51,197 bases of DNA from Alphaproteobacteria bacterium (GTDB lineage: Bacteria > Pseudomonadota > Alphaproteobacteria > Rickettsiales > SXRF01), in assembly GCA_050249355.1 (NCBI GenBank), contig JBFWQQ010000003.1:1-51197 (forward strand), given 5' to 3'. Within the stretch, counting starts at the first letter, position 1. Each line of letters begins with the position of its first letter. The position numbers and the translations under genes are program-made. The notes beneath the pieces were generated by a model. It ran no database searches, had not been told where the DNA came from, and saw nothing but the letters and a program-made list of their open reading frames with translations. Shown here one piece after another: positions 23,098 through 33,599 of the stretch.

Positions 23098-24182
23098 CGG
23101 AGTTTCAGTGTCGCAAGTCCTAAGAGTGCAAAAATGCAGGCTACGATCCAGAAGCGGATGACGATGGTCGGCTCCTGCCAACCCAGTTTTTCAAAGTGGT
23201 GGTGGATCGGCGCCATGCGGAACACGCGCTTGCCGGTCATTTTGAAATAACCCACCTGGATGATCACCGATGCCGCCTCGACCACGAACAACCCGCCGAT
23301 AATAGCGAGGACGAATTCGTGCTTCGTGATCACGCTGATCACACCGAGCGAGCCGCCGAACGCAAGGCTACCAGTGTCACCCATGAACACCTGCGCGGGA
23401 GGTGCATTGAACCATAGGAACCCAAGGCATGCACCGGTAAGCGCTGCGCAGAACACCGCCAGCTCGCCTGATCCGGGTATAAAGTGCAGCTGCAGATAAT
23501 TAGAAAAGACCGCGTTGCCTACCAGATAGGAAATGAGTGCAAAGCACCCGGCCACGATCATGATCGGCACGATGGCCAAACCGTCCAGCCCGTCGGTCAG
23601 GTTCACCGCGTTGGAGGCGCCCACCATCACGATCAGCACAAAAATAAAATAAAACACGCCCAGATCGATCAGGAAACTTTTGAAGAACGGCACCGCTACC
23701 ATCCCCGACAAACCTTCGGGCGCTGCCGCCTGAATGGCGATCACCGCGATAGCGGAAATCAGCGCCTGCGCCAACAGCTTCCTGCGAGAGGACAGGCCAG
23801 CACTGTTGCGCTTGGTCAACTTCAGGTAGTCGTCAAAGAACCCTACCAGCCCAAACCCCAACGTTACCAGCAGAACGATCCACACATACGCGTTCTGCAG
23901 GTTGGCCCATAGCAGCGTCGACAGGCTGACCGACAGCAATATCATCACCCCGCCCATGGTAGGGGTGCCTTTTTTTGTGATCAGGTGTGACTCCGGCCCG
24001 TCGGCGCGGATCGGCTGGCCTTCTGCCTGCTTGGATTTCAGCCAGCGGATGATGCGCGGGCCAAAATAGAACGACAGGATAAGCGCAGTAAATACCGCCG
24101 CGCCGCTACGGAACGTAAGGTAACGAAACAGGTTTAGCACCGAATACTCGTCCGCAAAGGGCACCAGCAGGTTATACAGCAT
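23094..24182 (-). CDS. mraY: Phospho-MurNAc-pentapeptide transferase
   Basis: [38 protein letters not shown]. Confidence 0.98.
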   Translation of the reverse strand: MLYNLLVPFADEYSVLNLFRYLTFRSGAAVFTALILSFYFGPRIIRWLKSKQAEGQPIRADGPESHLITKKGTPTMGGVMILLSVSLSTLLWANLQNAYVWIVLLVTLGFGLVGFFDDYLKLTKRNSAGLSSRRKLLAQALISAIAVIAIQAAAPEGLSGMVAVPFFKSFLIDLGVFYFIFVLIVMVGASNAVNLTDGLDGLAIVPIMIVAGCFALISYLVGNAVFSNYLQLHFIPGSGELAVFCAALTGACLGFLWFNAPPAQVFMGDTGSLAFGGSLGVISVITKHEFVLAIIGGLFVVEAASVIIQVGYFKMTGKRVFRMAPIHHHFEKLGWQEPTIVIRFWIVACIFALLGLATLKLR

Positions 24183-25557
24183 TCTTCTTCTCCTGTACTG
24201 TAAACATTTCAGCCAGACTCGCGGTCACGCGATGCATCTGGCTGCCATTGGAACCTTTGACCAACAGCACATCATCCGGGCATAACGCAGTTTCGATCAA
24301 GGGTAACAGCCCCACCGCTTCACGCGCATGCGCCGCTTTTTTATCCGGCGGCAAGGCGGCATACAGGTAATACATATGCTCACCGGCGGCAAATACTAAA
24401 TCGAAGTTTCCCAGGTCGCGCGCCAGCGATTCGTGCAGGGCACGGCTGTCCTTTCCCAGCTCCAGCATATCGCCGAGCACCGCGATCTTGCGGCCTTTTT
24501 TACCGTGTGATTCCCAGTATTCCTGGGTTTTACTGAAAGCCGCCCGCATGGAAACCGGGCTGGCATTGTAGCTATCATCGATCAATGTGATACAGCCATC
24601 CGCTATGCGCAGGCTGAGAATGCCGCCCCGTCCCTTGGGTTCACGGTAATGCTCCAGTGCGCGTGCCGATCTTTCCACATCCAGCCCCAGCGCGTGGATG
24701 CACGCCAGAACCAGCAGGCTGTTATAGGCCATGTGATGGCCGAGCGACGGCAGGCGATACGATAGTTTCTTGCCCTCGATCTCCACCTCGATCTTCTCGC
24801 CGCGCTCCACGAGGTGGCATGGTGCGCCGGTGCCCACCGACGTTACTGCAAGCTGCTTTGCCTCAGCAGCCCTTGCCAACCGCAGGAAATGCTTATTGTC
24901 TTTATTGAGCACGGCATGTGCACCGGGCGCCATGCCTTCGAATATCTCGGCCTTGGCATCGGCGATGCCTTCCTCGGTATCGAAGAACTCAATGTGTACC
25001 GCCTCAACGGCGGTGATCAGCGCCAGATGCGGCTGCGAGATGTTCGACAAATGCGCGATCTCACCGGCATGGTTCATGCCCATTTCGATTACCGCATATT
25101 CCGTGTCAGCGGGCATGTTTGCAAGGCATAGCGGCAGGCCGATATGGTTGTTGTAATTACCCTGAGTGGCATAGGTTCTGCCGTGGGCATTCAGGGCCAG
25201 CCGCATCATCTCCTTGCTGCTGGTTTTACCTACGCTGCCGGTGATACCGACCAGCGTGGCACTAGTTTCGTGGCGCACTTTACGCGCCATATTGGTCAGC
25301 GCCTCCAGAGTATCTTTTACCAGTACATAGGGAATATCCACGTCCGGCTTTTTTGACACCAGACACGCCACCGCACCTTTTTGTTTCGCATCCGGAATAA
25401 ATTTATGACCATCATGTACCTCACCGCAGATTGCAACGAACAGGTCGCCGGGCTGCACCTTGCGGCTGTCGATCTCGACGCGCTGCGCGCTAAAGCTACC
25501 CTGTGCTTTACCCGATGTGGCCTGCGCCACGCTCTTATCGTTCCATAATTCAGGCAT
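24172..25557 (-). CDS. murF: UDP-MurNAc-tripeptide--D-Ala-D-Ala ligase
   Basis: [44 protein letters not shown]. Confidence 0.97.
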   Translation of the reverse strand: MPELWNDKSVAQATSGKAQGSFSAQRVEIDSRKVQPGDLFVAICGEVHDGHKFIPDAKQKGAVACLVSKKPDVDIPYVLVKDTLEALTNMARKVRHETSATLVGITGSVGKTSSKEMMRLALNAHGRTYATQGNYNNHIGLPLCLANMPADTEYAVIEMGMNHAGEIAHLSNISQPHLALITAVEAVHIEFFDTEEGIADAKAEIFEGMAPGAHAVLNKDNKHFLRLARAAEAKQLAVTSVGTGAPCHLVERGEKIEVEIEGKKLSYRLPSLGHHMAYNSLLVLACIHALGLDVERSARALEHYREPKGRGGILSLRIADGCITLIDDSYNASPVSMRAAFSKTQEYWESHGKKGRKIAVLGDMLELGKDSRALHESLARDLGNFDLVFAAGEHMYYLYAALPPDKKAAHAREAVGLLPLIETALCPDDVLLVKGSNGSQMHRVTASLAEMFTVQEKKNAV

Positions 25558-27028
25558 CGACCAGCTCCATTTCATGCGCCAGTTCTTTTGCCACCTGCCC
25601 GTCATGGAATGGGATCAGTTCGCTGCCGATGGTTTGCGTTTTTTCATGGCCCTTGCCTGCGATCACCAATACATCACCGCTTTGCAGAGCCTTGAGCGCC
25701 TTTCGTATCGCCTGCCTGCGGTCACCCACTTCCTGCGCGCCATGCGCCCCGGCCAACACCTCCTTGCGAATCTGTCCGGCATCCTCATTGCGCGGGTTGT
25801 CGTCCGTCACGATCACATGGTCGGCCAGCTCGATCGCCGCCTTGCCCATCTGTGGGCGCTTACCCTTGTCGCGGTTGCCACCGCAGCCGAATACCACATG
25901 CAGAGCGTTATGTGTATGCGGACGCAGGCTATTCAAGATATTGGCCAGCGCCATCGGTGTGTGCGCATAGTCAATATATACCGCCGCCCCGTTCGATAAT
26001 GTCACCACGCGCTCCAACCGGCCCGGCACCCCCTTTAGGTTCGCAAGGAACGTCAGTACATGCTCGAGCTTGCTGCCCTGCCCGACTGCCAGCCCGACCG
26101 CAGCCAGGATGTTCATCACCTGAAAGGCGCCTGCCAGCGGAATATCCAGCAGATATGGCGTGCCCGACATCACGCACGATACCTGCTGGCCGTTGCCATG
26201 CGGCAATATCTCTTTTATGCGGAACTCGTGGGCCTGTGTGCCGTAATCAATGATGTGCATGCCGCGCTGGCGGCAGATAGTTTCCAGCAACGTGTAGACC
26301 TTATCATCCGCATTAAGCACCGCTGTTTTACCTTCCGGCAACAGTTCGGAAAACAGGCGTGCCTTGGCGTTGAAATAATCGGCTTCGTCCTTATGGTAAT
26401 CCATATGGTCGCGACCCAGCATGGTAAAGGCCGCCGCCTCCAGCCGCACGCCATCCAGCCGGTACTGGTGAAGTCCGTGGCTGGACGCTTCCATCGCGAG
26501 GTGCGTGCAGCCATCGCCTGCCATTTCGGCGAGAATACGATGCAACTCTACCGGGTCGGGCGTGGTGTGCGATGCATCCTGCAGCAAAGAGCCATTGCCC
26601 AAAGTGATACCAATTGTGCCCAGCGATGCCGAAGAAAACCCAAGCTGGTGCATCAGCTGGCGGCTGAAATCGGCAGTGGAGGTTTTGCCGTCAGTACCAG
26701 TGACGGCCACGATATGCGCCGGCTGCTCGCCATAAAGCGCAGCGGCCAATCTGGCGAGTGCATGGCGGGGCTCGGCAGCACGCAACACGGTAAGGCCGCC
26801 CGCATCCGGTATATCGCCATGCTCGCACAGCACGGCAGCGGCCCCATGCTTGATCGCCTGTGGCAGGTAATCCAACCCGTTGACGTTGCCGCCATGGATA
26901 GCAACGAACAGGCTGCCTGGCTTCACCTGCCGCGAATCCGACGTGATATGTTCGATGGTGATATCTGTTGCGCCCGTAATGCCGATGCCAGCATCCGCCG
27001 ACCGTATCAGATCAGTAAGTCGCGGCAT
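25550..27028 (-). CDS. murE: UDP-MurNAc-dipeptide--meso-DAP ligase
   Basis: VTGTDGKTS, EASSHG, DYAHTP, DNPR (DAP-specific motif), AGKGHE. Confidence 0.97.
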   Translation of the reverse strand: MPRLTDLIRSADAGIGITGATDITIEHITSDSRQVKPGSLFVAIHGGNVNGLDYLPQAIKHGAAAVLCEHGDIPDAGGLTVLRAAEPRHALARLAAALYGEQPAHIVAVTGTDGKTSTADFSRQLMHQLGFSSASLGTIGITLGNGSLLQDASHTTPDPVELHRILAEMAGDGCTHLAMEASSHGLHQYRLDGVRLEAAAFTMLGRDHMDYHKDEADYFNAKARLFSELLPEGKTAVLNADDKVYTLLETICRQRGMHIIDYGTQAHEFRIKEILPHGNGQQVSCVMSGTPYLLDIPLAGAFQVMNILAAVGLAVGQGSKLEHVLTFLANLKGVPGRLERVVTLSNGAAVYIDYAHTPMALANILNSLRPHTHNALHVVFGCGGNRDKGKRPQMGKAAIELADHVIVTDDNPRNEDAGQIRKEVLAGAHGAQEVGDRRQAIRKALKALQSGDVLVIAGKGHEKTQTIGSELIPFHDGQVAKELAHEMELVDA

Positions 27029-28793
27029 GGTAGAATGTCCTGTTCGGCCGGGATTCCTGCGCCGACTGTTTTTCCTTTTTTCGGCTGACCCAGAATTTAT
27101 CGGCATCGTCCTCGGGCACGTCATAGCGCGGAGCGATGCCGAGCAGCGGGCCCATGCGGCTAATGACGTTACCCACCACCGGCGCCGACACCCATCCCCC
27201 GGTCGCATAGCCGTATGTCTCTTTGTTACCTTTTGGCCCGTCGACCATTACCAGCACCACGTATTGTGGATCATCCATAGGGAACGTGGCAAGGAACGAG
27301 GCCAGCTTGTTATCTTTTTCGTACTTACCGACAGCACCGACCTTTTCCGCCGTTCCGGTTTTTCCGCCTACGCGGTAACCCGGCACATGCGACTTGCGGC
27401 CGGTGCCATGGCTCACCACCAAACGCATCAGTCGGCGTACATTCTTGCGTGTCTGTTCAGAAACCACTTCTTCTCCCGGCTGCCTGCTTTTATTTCCCTC
27501 TTTCACCAGGGACATGTGCGGCAAACGGCCACTGCCGACCAGTGTGGATACTGCGCGCACCAGATGCAACGGCGTTACCGAGATACCATGCCCGTATGAA
27601 ATGGTAACGGTATGGATATCCTTCCAGTCGGAAGGATAGAGCGGATTCGCCTTTTCCGGAATTTCCACTTCAAGTGAATCCATCAGCCCCAGCTTGCGCA
27701 GGAACATGCGCTGGCGCGCACCGCCAATGTCCAGCGCCAGTTTAGCGGTTCCGATGTTGGATGAATAGGCATAAATCTCCGGAACCGACAGCCAGCGCTT
27801 TTCCGGATGTGCATCACGGATGGTGTAGGACGATATCTTGAATGGTTTAGTGGCATCGTAGCCGCTTTTCATGTTCACCAGCTGGTGTTCAAGCCCGGCC
27901 GCCATAGTGAAGGTCTTGAAGGTGGAGCCCATCTCGTATACGCCCAGTGACACACGGTTGAACAACGCATCCTTGCTGGCTTTGCCAGGCCGGTGCGGAT
28001 CAAAATCCGGCAGCGACACCATGGAAAGTATCTCGTCGTTTTTAATATCGTAGATCACCCCGGCTGCTCCCACCGCCTTGAAAAAGGTCATGGCCTGCTG
28101 CATCTCTTCGCGCAACATCGCCTGCAGGCGGATATCGATGGAAAGCGCCAACGGTTCTTGATTATCCGCACCACGGCGCAGGCGGGTATCCATGGATTTT
28201 TCCATACCTGCCAACCCTTTGTCGTCTACTCCCACATAACCGACCAGATGTGCCGTAATATTGCCATACGGGTATACGCGGCGACCTTCCGAACGGAAAT
28301 ACAGCCCTGGCACACCCAGCGTATTAACCTCCTGCTGCATACTCGGTGGCAGGTCGCGCTTGATCCATACGAAGGAGCGCTTGCCCTGCAGACGCGGCAA
28401 CAAATAATCGGTATCCAGTCCCAGTATGTCCCTGAGCTGTGCTGCCACCTCCCTGGGATTGCGTATCTCGCGCGGGTTTGCGTAGAGCGATGCCGTTTTC
28501 AGGCTGGTTGCCAGTAGTACTCCGTTGCGGTCGACGATATTACCGCGCCGGTTGTATACGTCTCCGGCATCGACCTTTACCGGCTCTTTCCTGCCGCCTT
28601 CGCCCAGATCGGTGACCCAGATGGTAACAGGCTTCTCGTTCTTGACCACTGCAATGTCGATCATGCGGTAGCTGATGCTCAGCAGGCACAGAAGGAAAAA
28701 AAGACCGACACACAGCAGGCGGATGCGGCTTTGTTCGATCAGACGCCGACCGGTACTTTCCCTAACGACGATCCTACGGGTGCCACGCCTCAC
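27012..28793 (-). CDS. ftsI: Class B penicillin-binding protein FtsI/PBP3
   Basis: RGNIVDRNG, SxxK (STFK), SSN, KTGT. Confidence 0.97.
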   Translation of the reverse strand: MRRGTRRIVVRESTGRRLIEQSRIRLLCVGLFFLLCLLSISYRMIDIAVVKNEKPVTIWVTDLGEGGRKEPVKVDAGDVYNRRGNIVDRNGVLLATSLKTASLYANPREIRNPREVAAQLRDILGLDTDYLLPRLQGKRSFVWIKRDLPPSMQQEVNTLGVPGLYFRSEGRRVYPYGNITAHLVGYVGVDDKGLAGMEKSMDTRLRRGADNQEPLALSIDIRLQAMLREEMQQAMTFFKAVGAAGVIYDIKNDEILSMVSLPDFDPHRPGKASKDALFNRVSLGVYEMGSTFKTFTMAAGLEHQLVNMKSGYDATKPFKISSYTIRDAHPEKRWLSVPEIYAYSSNIGTAKLALDIGGARQRMFLRKLGLMDSLEVEIPEKANPLYPSDWKDIHTVTISYGHGISVTPLHLVRAVSTLVGSGRLPHMSLVKEGNKSRQPGEEVVSEQTRKNVRRLMRLVVSHGTGRKSHVPGYRVGGKTGTAEKVGAVGKYEKDNKLASFLATFPMDDPQYVVLVMVDGPKGNKETYGYATGGWVSAPVVGNVISRMGPLLGIAPRYDVPEDDADKFWVSRKKEKQSAQESRPNRTFYHAATY

Positions 28794-29149
28794 TGCATAT
28801 TCCCCGTTTCAGTACGGTACTGAACCGGTCTGACCTGCAGATTTTTTTTAGGAGCACTGGATGCTTCCAGATGCTCGGGGAACGGGATGGCTTCGACCAC
28901 CGCTATCTGCTCGACCATGGTGCTGGACGAAGCCAAATATTTTGCAGAAAGCTGGCGCAAGCGCTCCGGCCGGTTCAAATACTCCCATTCGGCGGCGATC
29001 ACGTTCAGGCTTTCGGTTTCCTGCTCAAGTTCAAGTTTCTTTTCAGCAATCTGGTCGTGCAGGGTGCGAACTTCGTCCTTAACCGAATACAGCAGGAATG
29101 CGGAGCCGGTTATCGCGAGCATCCATATGAGCGACATGATGCGTTTCAT
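28790..29149 (-). CDS. ftsL: Cell division protein FtsL
   Basis: One TM segment plus coiled coil with AEWEYLNRPERL; lies between rsmH and ftsI. Confidence 0.88.
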   Translation of the reverse strand: MKRIMSLIWMLAITGSAFLLYSVKDEVRTLHDQIAEKKLELEQETESLNVIAAEWEYLNRPERLRQLSAKYLASSSTMVEQIAVVEAIPFPEHLEASSAPKKNLQVRPVQYRTETGNMQ

Positions 29150-29159
29150 TTGCCACGCC

Positions 29160-30095
29160 TCACTTCTCGACGGATGTAGCGCGCTCCAGTGTCCGCAGAC
29201 GGGCGGAACGGGCACGCGGATTTTCCTGTATTTCCTGCGCGGACGGCGCAAGTTTCTCCGGTTTTGGCATAAAAAAATGGGGAGCAGCAGAGGACACCTG
29301 CAAAGAAGGCAGATGCCGTGATTGCTCCCCCAGTCTACCGCAACGGGAGTAGAAAAAGCGCTTCACCAGACGGTCTTCCAGTGAATGAAAGCTGACGACG
29401 ACCAGTCGGCCACCGGGGGCCAGCATGGAGGTGGCGGCCTTGAGGCCGGCCTCAATGGCGTCGAGTTCCTGATTTACATGTATGCGCAGCGCCTGGAAGC
29501 TGCGGGTGGCCGGGTCGGTCTTGCCGGACTTGCCGATGGTGGCACGTATAAGATCGGCTAGCTGCCGGGTGGTGGTGATCTCCTGCTCTTCACGCGCATG
29601 TACGATAGCGCGGGCGATGCGGCGGGCGGCCTTCTCCTCGCCGTAATAATAAAGTATGTCGGCCAGTTCGGCTTCGGGCGCGCTGTTGATGATGTCAGCG
29701 GCACTGGCGCCTTCCGATGACATGCGCATGTCCAGCGGGCCATCATGGCGGAAGGAAAATCCGCGCGCAGCATTATCCACCTGCATCGAGGAAATACCAA
29801 GGTCGAGTACCACGCCATTGACTTCGCTTACACCGTGCGATGCCAGCAGAGAACACATATCGGCGAAGTTACCGAGCAACCAAACAAAACGATCGGGGAA
29901 GCTTTCTTCGAGCTTACGGGCGAATTCCTTGGTCGATGGGTCGCGGTCGATTGCGAACACATGGCAGTCAACCGATTCCAATATGGCGCGGCTGTAGCCA
30001 CCAGCACCGAACGTACCATCGATATAGGTGCCACCCTGCCTGGGACCGAGCACCTTCAGCATTTCGCTTTTCATAACCGGGGCATGCGCACTCAT
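29160..30095 (-). CDS. rsmH: 16S rRNA C1402 N4-methyltransferase
   Basis: HAPVM, DGTFGAGGYS, DLGISSMQ, SFHSLEDR, NPRARSA. Confidence 0.98.
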   Translation of the reverse strand: MSAHAPVMKSEMLKVLGPRQGGTYIDGTFGAGGYSRAILESVDCHVFAIDRDPSTKEFARKLEESFPDRFVWLLGNFADMCSLLASHGVSEVNGVVLDLGISSMQVDNAARGFSFRHDGPLDMRMSSEGASAADIINSAPEAELADILYYYGEEKAARRIARAIVHAREEQEITTTRQLADLIRATIGKSGKTDPATRSFQALRIHVNQELDAIEAGLKAATSMLAPGGRLVVVSFHSLEDRLVKRFFYSRCGRLGEQSRHLPSLQVSSAAPHFFMPKPEKLAPSAQEIQENPRARSARLRTLERATSVEK

Positions 30096-30541
30096 GATGC
30101 ATCCCCTTTCAGCTGCGAACGTTTGGCCATCATGGTTTCGCGTGCTTTCTTGGCATGCGCAGCGAACGCATCGGGGTTCCATATCTCGAATATCTCGCCC
30201 TTGCCGACGATGGTGGCATTCTCTTTGAGTTTAGCAGCGGCGATCAGCGCATCGGGCAGCATCACACGGCCTTCGGTGTCGAACGCCAGCTGCGCGCTCT
30301 CGCCGAATATGGTGGTGGCGAACGCATCGCGCTCATCGGAATACGGGTCGAAACGCTCAATACGGTCATTGAGTTTCAGCATGCGCGCCATCCCGCAGGC
30401 TTCGATACAGCCATGCAGCGGTGAAGGATAGACCACAATGCCCGCAAACTCCTGGCTTGCCAGTGCCGCACGGAACTGGGCAGGGATGGAGATCCTGCCC
30501 TTCTTGTCGATGCGGTTCTGGTAGGTAGAGAGAAACAGCAT
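30092..30541 (-). CDS. mraZ: Transcriptional regulator MraZ
   Basis: Two DxxGR repeats (DKKGRI, DTEGRV) and FEIW; head of the dcw cluster. Confidence 0.97.
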   Translation of the reverse strand: MLFLSTYQNRIDKKGRISIPAQFRAALASQEFAGIVVYPSPLHGCIEACGMARMLKLNDRIERFDPYSDERDAFATTIFGESAQLAFDTEGRVMLPDALIAAAKLKENATIVGKGEIFEIWNPDAFAAHAKKARETMMAKRSQLKGDAS

Positions 30542-30609
30542 GCGCGGCCTGCCTGATTTTCCTTATCTTTTCTTGCGGTTAGGCTCATACGTTGACGCCG
30601 GGTCCGTTT

Positions 30610-30676
30610 TGGGATTTCATGGGTATATATGGGAGACTATGGTGAATTTATGGGATAGTCAAGGGCGAATATGGGA
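30610..30676. promoter_or_regulatory. MraZ-binding TGGGN direct repeats
   Basis: TGGG at 30610, 30620, 30630, TGGT at 30640, TGGG at 30651, AGGG at 30662 and TGGG at 30672: 10-11 bp period upstream of mraZ. Confidence 0.8.
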
Positions 30677-30685
30677 AATAATTCG

Positions 30686-30758
30686 TTTTTGTTTCCGCGA
30701 AATGCTCCTGCATTTCGCATGAAACGCGCTCGAGACTGGGTCGGCCTGCTGGCCTCCC
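30686..30758 (-). repeat. Double-hairpin AGNA repeat
   Basis: Reverse complement GGGAGGCC-AGCA-GGCCGACCCAGTCTCGAG...CAT-GCGAAATGC-AGGA-GCATTTCGC-GGAA. Confidence 0.9.
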
Positions 30759-30774
30759 TTCAAAAATCGCAAAT

Positions 30775-30806
30775 AAAAAAACCCGCCTCGCAAGAGACGG
30801 GTTTTT
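30775..30806 (-). terminator. Rho-independent terminator of rpsD
   Basis: A-tract-CCCGCCTC-GCAA-GAGACGGG-T-tract, about 20 nt downstream of the rpsD stop. Confidence 0.85.
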
Positions 30807-30826
30807 CTGAATTTATGCCTTATCGC

Positions 30827-31444
30827 TTAACGAGAATAATACTCGATCACGAAGTTGGGCTGCATGATGGTCGGGTACGGAACTTCTGCAAGTTTCGGCA
30901 CGCGCACCAGGCTGCCTTTCATGGCTTTGGAATCGAAGCTGATATATTCGGGAACCGAACGTTCCGGGTTCTGCAGCGATTCGAGAACCGGGGTCATTTC
31001 GCGGGATTTCTCGCGCAGTTCCACCGTGTCACCTTCTTTCAAGCGGTAGCTGGGGATGTTCACGCGGCGGCCATTTACCTTCACGTGGCCATGGTTCACC
31101 AGCTGGCGGGCGGCGAACGGGGTGCTTACAAAGCCCATGCGGTATACCACGGTATCCAGACGGCTTTCAAGCAAGCCAATCAGGTTCTCACCGGTATCAC
31201 CACGGCGGCGCACAGCTTCTTTATATATGCGGATGAACTGGCGCTCGGTGATGTTGCCGTAATAGCCTTTGAGTTTCTGTTTTTCGCGCAGCTGTGTGCC
31301 GTAGTCGGACACTTTTTTGCGGCGGGCCAGGCCATGCTGGCCGGGAGCATGCGGACGCTTGTTGAACGGGTCTTTGGCATTGCCCCACAGGCTTGCACCG
31401 AGGCGGCGGCTGATCTTGTATTTTGCGTTAACGCGTTTGGTCAC
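30827..31444 (-). CDS. rpsD: 30S ribosomal protein S4
   Basis: [34 protein letters not shown]. Confidence 0.99.
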   Translation of the reverse strand: MTKRVNAKYKISRRLGASLWGNAKDPFNKRPHAPGQHGLARRKKVSDYGTQLREKQKLKGYYGNITERQFIRIYKEAVRRRGDTGENLIGLLESRLDTVVYRMGFVSTPFAARQLVNHGHVKVNGRRVNIPSYRLKEGDTVELREKSREMTPVLESLQNPERSVPEYISFDSKAMKGSLVRVPKLAEVPYPTIMQPNFVIEYYSR

Positions 31445-31525
31445 TGTATGTTTCCTGTATATTCTGATATTTATAGGGACTGTGGACTATAGCGATAAAA
31501 CCGCCCCTGTCAACGGCAATTGTAA

Positions 31526-31598
31526 GCCGCCCCCGCGAAAATCTGCTGATTTTTACATGGGGCGGAACTCAAGGCTGACTCGCGCTTCTGCGCTCGAC
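31526..31598 (-). repeat. Double-hairpin AGNA repeat
   Basis: Reverse complement GCGC-AGAA-GCGCGAGTCAGCCTTGAG...CAT-GTAAAAATC-AGCA-GATTTTCGC; matches the rluD insertion and 46721-46788. Confidence 0.85.
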
Positions 31599-31657
31599 CA
31601 ACACGATACTATTCCCATCCAATACACGGGCCGTAATTAAAGAGATCGGAAGAGAAG

Positions 31658-32164
31658 TTAGCGAGCCTGCTGCGGCTGTCCGGAACCCAGTTGGGCCACA
31701 TCCGCTTCGGGGATGATATTCTGCGCCGGCTGGTTCGGGCCGGCCTGCTGGGCCATACCCATGCCACGCTCGGCAGCCACGCGGTTCTGCCATTCATTCG
31801 CCGCACGGCCTTCGGCCGGTTCTGGCTGCTGCGGCGCTGCCATAGGCTGCGGTTGCGGCACTTCAGACTGCAGCGGCTGTGCATTATCCAGCTCATCACG
31901 TGTATCGTGCTTGGCATTGCTGCGGCTACGCAGCGCCGCGAACCCCAACATCCCTGCGGCAGCCAGACCGATACCGGTCCATTTGGCGCCTTTCCAGCCT
32001 TTTTTCAGCGGATTTCCACTTACCATTTTGCGGGCGCGGTAGCCAATGCCATGCATCAACCCTGCTTCAGCCCGGGCCGCAGTTTTTCCAGCGGCCCTGG
32101 CAGCATTCGCAGCATCTTCTGCGATGTGCTGACCTGCTTCTCTCCATCCGGAACCTAAACCCAT
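31658..32164 (-). CDS. Orphan single-TM protein with Q/P-rich tail
   Basis: RBS GAGGATAAGG; TM WTGIGLAAAGMLGFAAL; EWQNRVAAER motif; ends QQQAR. Confidence 0.8.
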   Translation of the reverse strand: MGLGSGWREAGQHIAEDAANAARAAGKTAARAEAGLMHGIGYRARKMVSGNPLKKGWKGAKWTGIGLAAAGMLGFAALRSRSNAKHDTRDELDNAQPLQSEVPQPQPMAAPQQPEPAEGRAANEWQNRVAAERGMGMAQQAGPNQPAQNIIPEADVAQLGSGQPQQAR

Positions 32165-32178
32165 GTTACCTTATCCTC

Positions 32179-32781
32179 TTATCCACGCTGCGGCGTAACA
32201 TTCGCCTGTGCTTCACGCTGCTGCATCAGCTTACCGGTATGACCGGCAGCCATTGCCTGCTGTTGTGCCTGCGCCATCAGCTGCTGTTCCTGCAACTGGC
32301 GTAATTGCGCCACCACATATTGCTGGCCTTCGGCAAAACCTTGCTGATAGCCCTGCTGCATGCCAGCCATACCGGCATTGTTCGCCATGACTTCCTGACG
32401 GTGCTGTTTACGCGCCAGTTGGGTTTGATAGGCCTGCTCTTCGCTTCTTACGCGGCTGCCACCTTTGGCCAGACCGAGCAATGCGCCACCGCCACCCAAT
32501 ACGGCCATAGTAGTGCCGCCACCAACCAGCGTTGCGATGCCACCGGTAATCGCACCGATAGTGCCACCGATCAGGGCAGCCGGGCCAACCGCGGCCAACG
32601 TAATGCCTGGAAGCAATGCCAGTGCTGCAGCACCTGCCGCCGCAATAGCTGCACCGGCCAGACCAATGCCAATTGCGCCGAGCAATCCTGCCACGGCTGC
32701 GCCTTTGGCTCCGCCTTTAGCGGTTTCCCATGCTGCAGTGCCTAAGCTGCTGCTTGTATCGTGATGAATCGGTTTTGCCAT
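32179..32781 (-). CDS. Orphan glycine-zipper membrane protein with Gln-rich helix
   Basis: ~80-aa Gly/Ala hydrophobic stretch, then a Q-rich helix, ending GHTGKLMQQREAQANVTPQRG. Confidence 0.85.
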   Translation of the reverse strand: MAKPIHHDTSSSLGTAAWETAKGGAKGAAVAGLLGAIGIGLAGAAIAAAGAAALALLPGITLAAVGPAALIGGTIGAITGGIATLVGGGTTMAVLGGGGALLGLAKGGSRVRSEEQAYQTQLARKQHRQEVMANNAGMAGMQQGYQQGFAEGQQYVVAQLRQLQEQQLMAQAQQQAMAAGHTGKLMQQREAQANVTPQRG

Positions 32782-32864
32782 AATCAGTGCCTTACGCTTA
32801 AGTGTATATAATTCAAATGGTTTATCAATATATGCATATTATTGCACATACAGGAGGAATGCCA

Positions 32865-32884
32865 TAGTTAAGTTTATGTTACAG
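32865..32884 (-). promoter_or_regulatory. OmpR-family (CtrA/PhoB-like) box upstream of the 32179-32781 gene
   Basis: Reads CTGTAAC-ATAA-ACTTAAC on the coding strand (GTAA-N7-TTAAC). Confidence 0.45.
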
Positions 32885-32912
32885 CGCGAAAAAAACTGTC
32901 GGAGCGCGGTTA

Positions 32913-33452
32913 TCACGCCATCCGGGGGCCATCGGCAGGCTTCTGGGGCAGGCCCTGCGTAGGTTGCAGACCCATCTGCGGCTGCGGCACAACAGGCTGC
33001 CGGGGAGCAGATATCTGCGCGGCTAATAGTTCATTCTGAGCCATGCGTGATTTGTTGCGATCATACTGGGAAACAACCTCTTCTTTACGTTTATCAACCG
33101 CTTCGTCGGCCCCCGCAACACCGGTCACCAGCCCGGTAGCAGCACCGGCACCGGCACCGATCAAACCTGAGGTCATGGCGGTTGAGGCAATGGCACCACC
33201 AATGGCTTCGCCACCCAATATGGCAGCGGCACCGCCGCCACCCAATGCGGTTAAGGCCCAGCCTACCGGGCCGGACGCCGCTACACCGGCAACTGCTGCA
33301 AGTCCCACGACCGCAGGAATGGCCACCCCGCCGATCAGGCCGCCCCACAGGGCGCCTTTGACGGTTTTACCGGCCACATGTTTGGCGGTGTATACGCCCT
33401 CGCTGAAATTCTTCAGCGCCGGGTGCTTGAGTTCTGCTTCTTCGTCTGCCAT
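32913..33452 (-). CDS. Orphan glycine-zipper membrane protein
   Basis: Same architecture as 32179-32781 (KGAxxGG..., long Gly/Ala hydrophobic domain, charged helix, Q/P tail ending GPRMA); RBS AGAGG. Confidence 0.85.
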   Translation of the reverse strand: MADEEAELKHPALKNFSEGVYTAKHVAGKTVKGALWGGLIGGVAIPAVVGLAAVAGVAASGPVGWALTALGGGGAAAILGGEAIGGAIASTAMTSGLIGAGAGAATGLVTGVAGADEAVDKRKEEVVSQYDRNKSRMAQNELLAAQISAPRQPVVPQPQMGLQPTQGLPQKPADGPRMA

Positions 33453-33514
33453 GAGTAACCTCTGGTTTTCACTAATATAACTGCATTATGCCATGAATAT
33501 AGCGCGTGGGGCAA

Positions 33515-33532
33515 ATTAAGCTTTTATGACGT
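33515..33532 (-). promoter_or_regulatory. OmpR-family-like box upstream of the 32913-33452 gene
   Basis: Reads ACGTCAT-AAAA-GCTTAAT on the coding strand. Confidence 0.4.
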
Positions 33533-33599
33533 GTACAAAAAGAATGTTTACAACACCGTCATAAAATGCAAATTACTGATTTTTATAGACTTTATTTAC

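Noticed and set aside
18109-27599. Long plus-strand ORFs opposite the mur genes (347, 296, 342, 239 aa)
   Set aside because: Shadow ORFs of well-supported dcw genes
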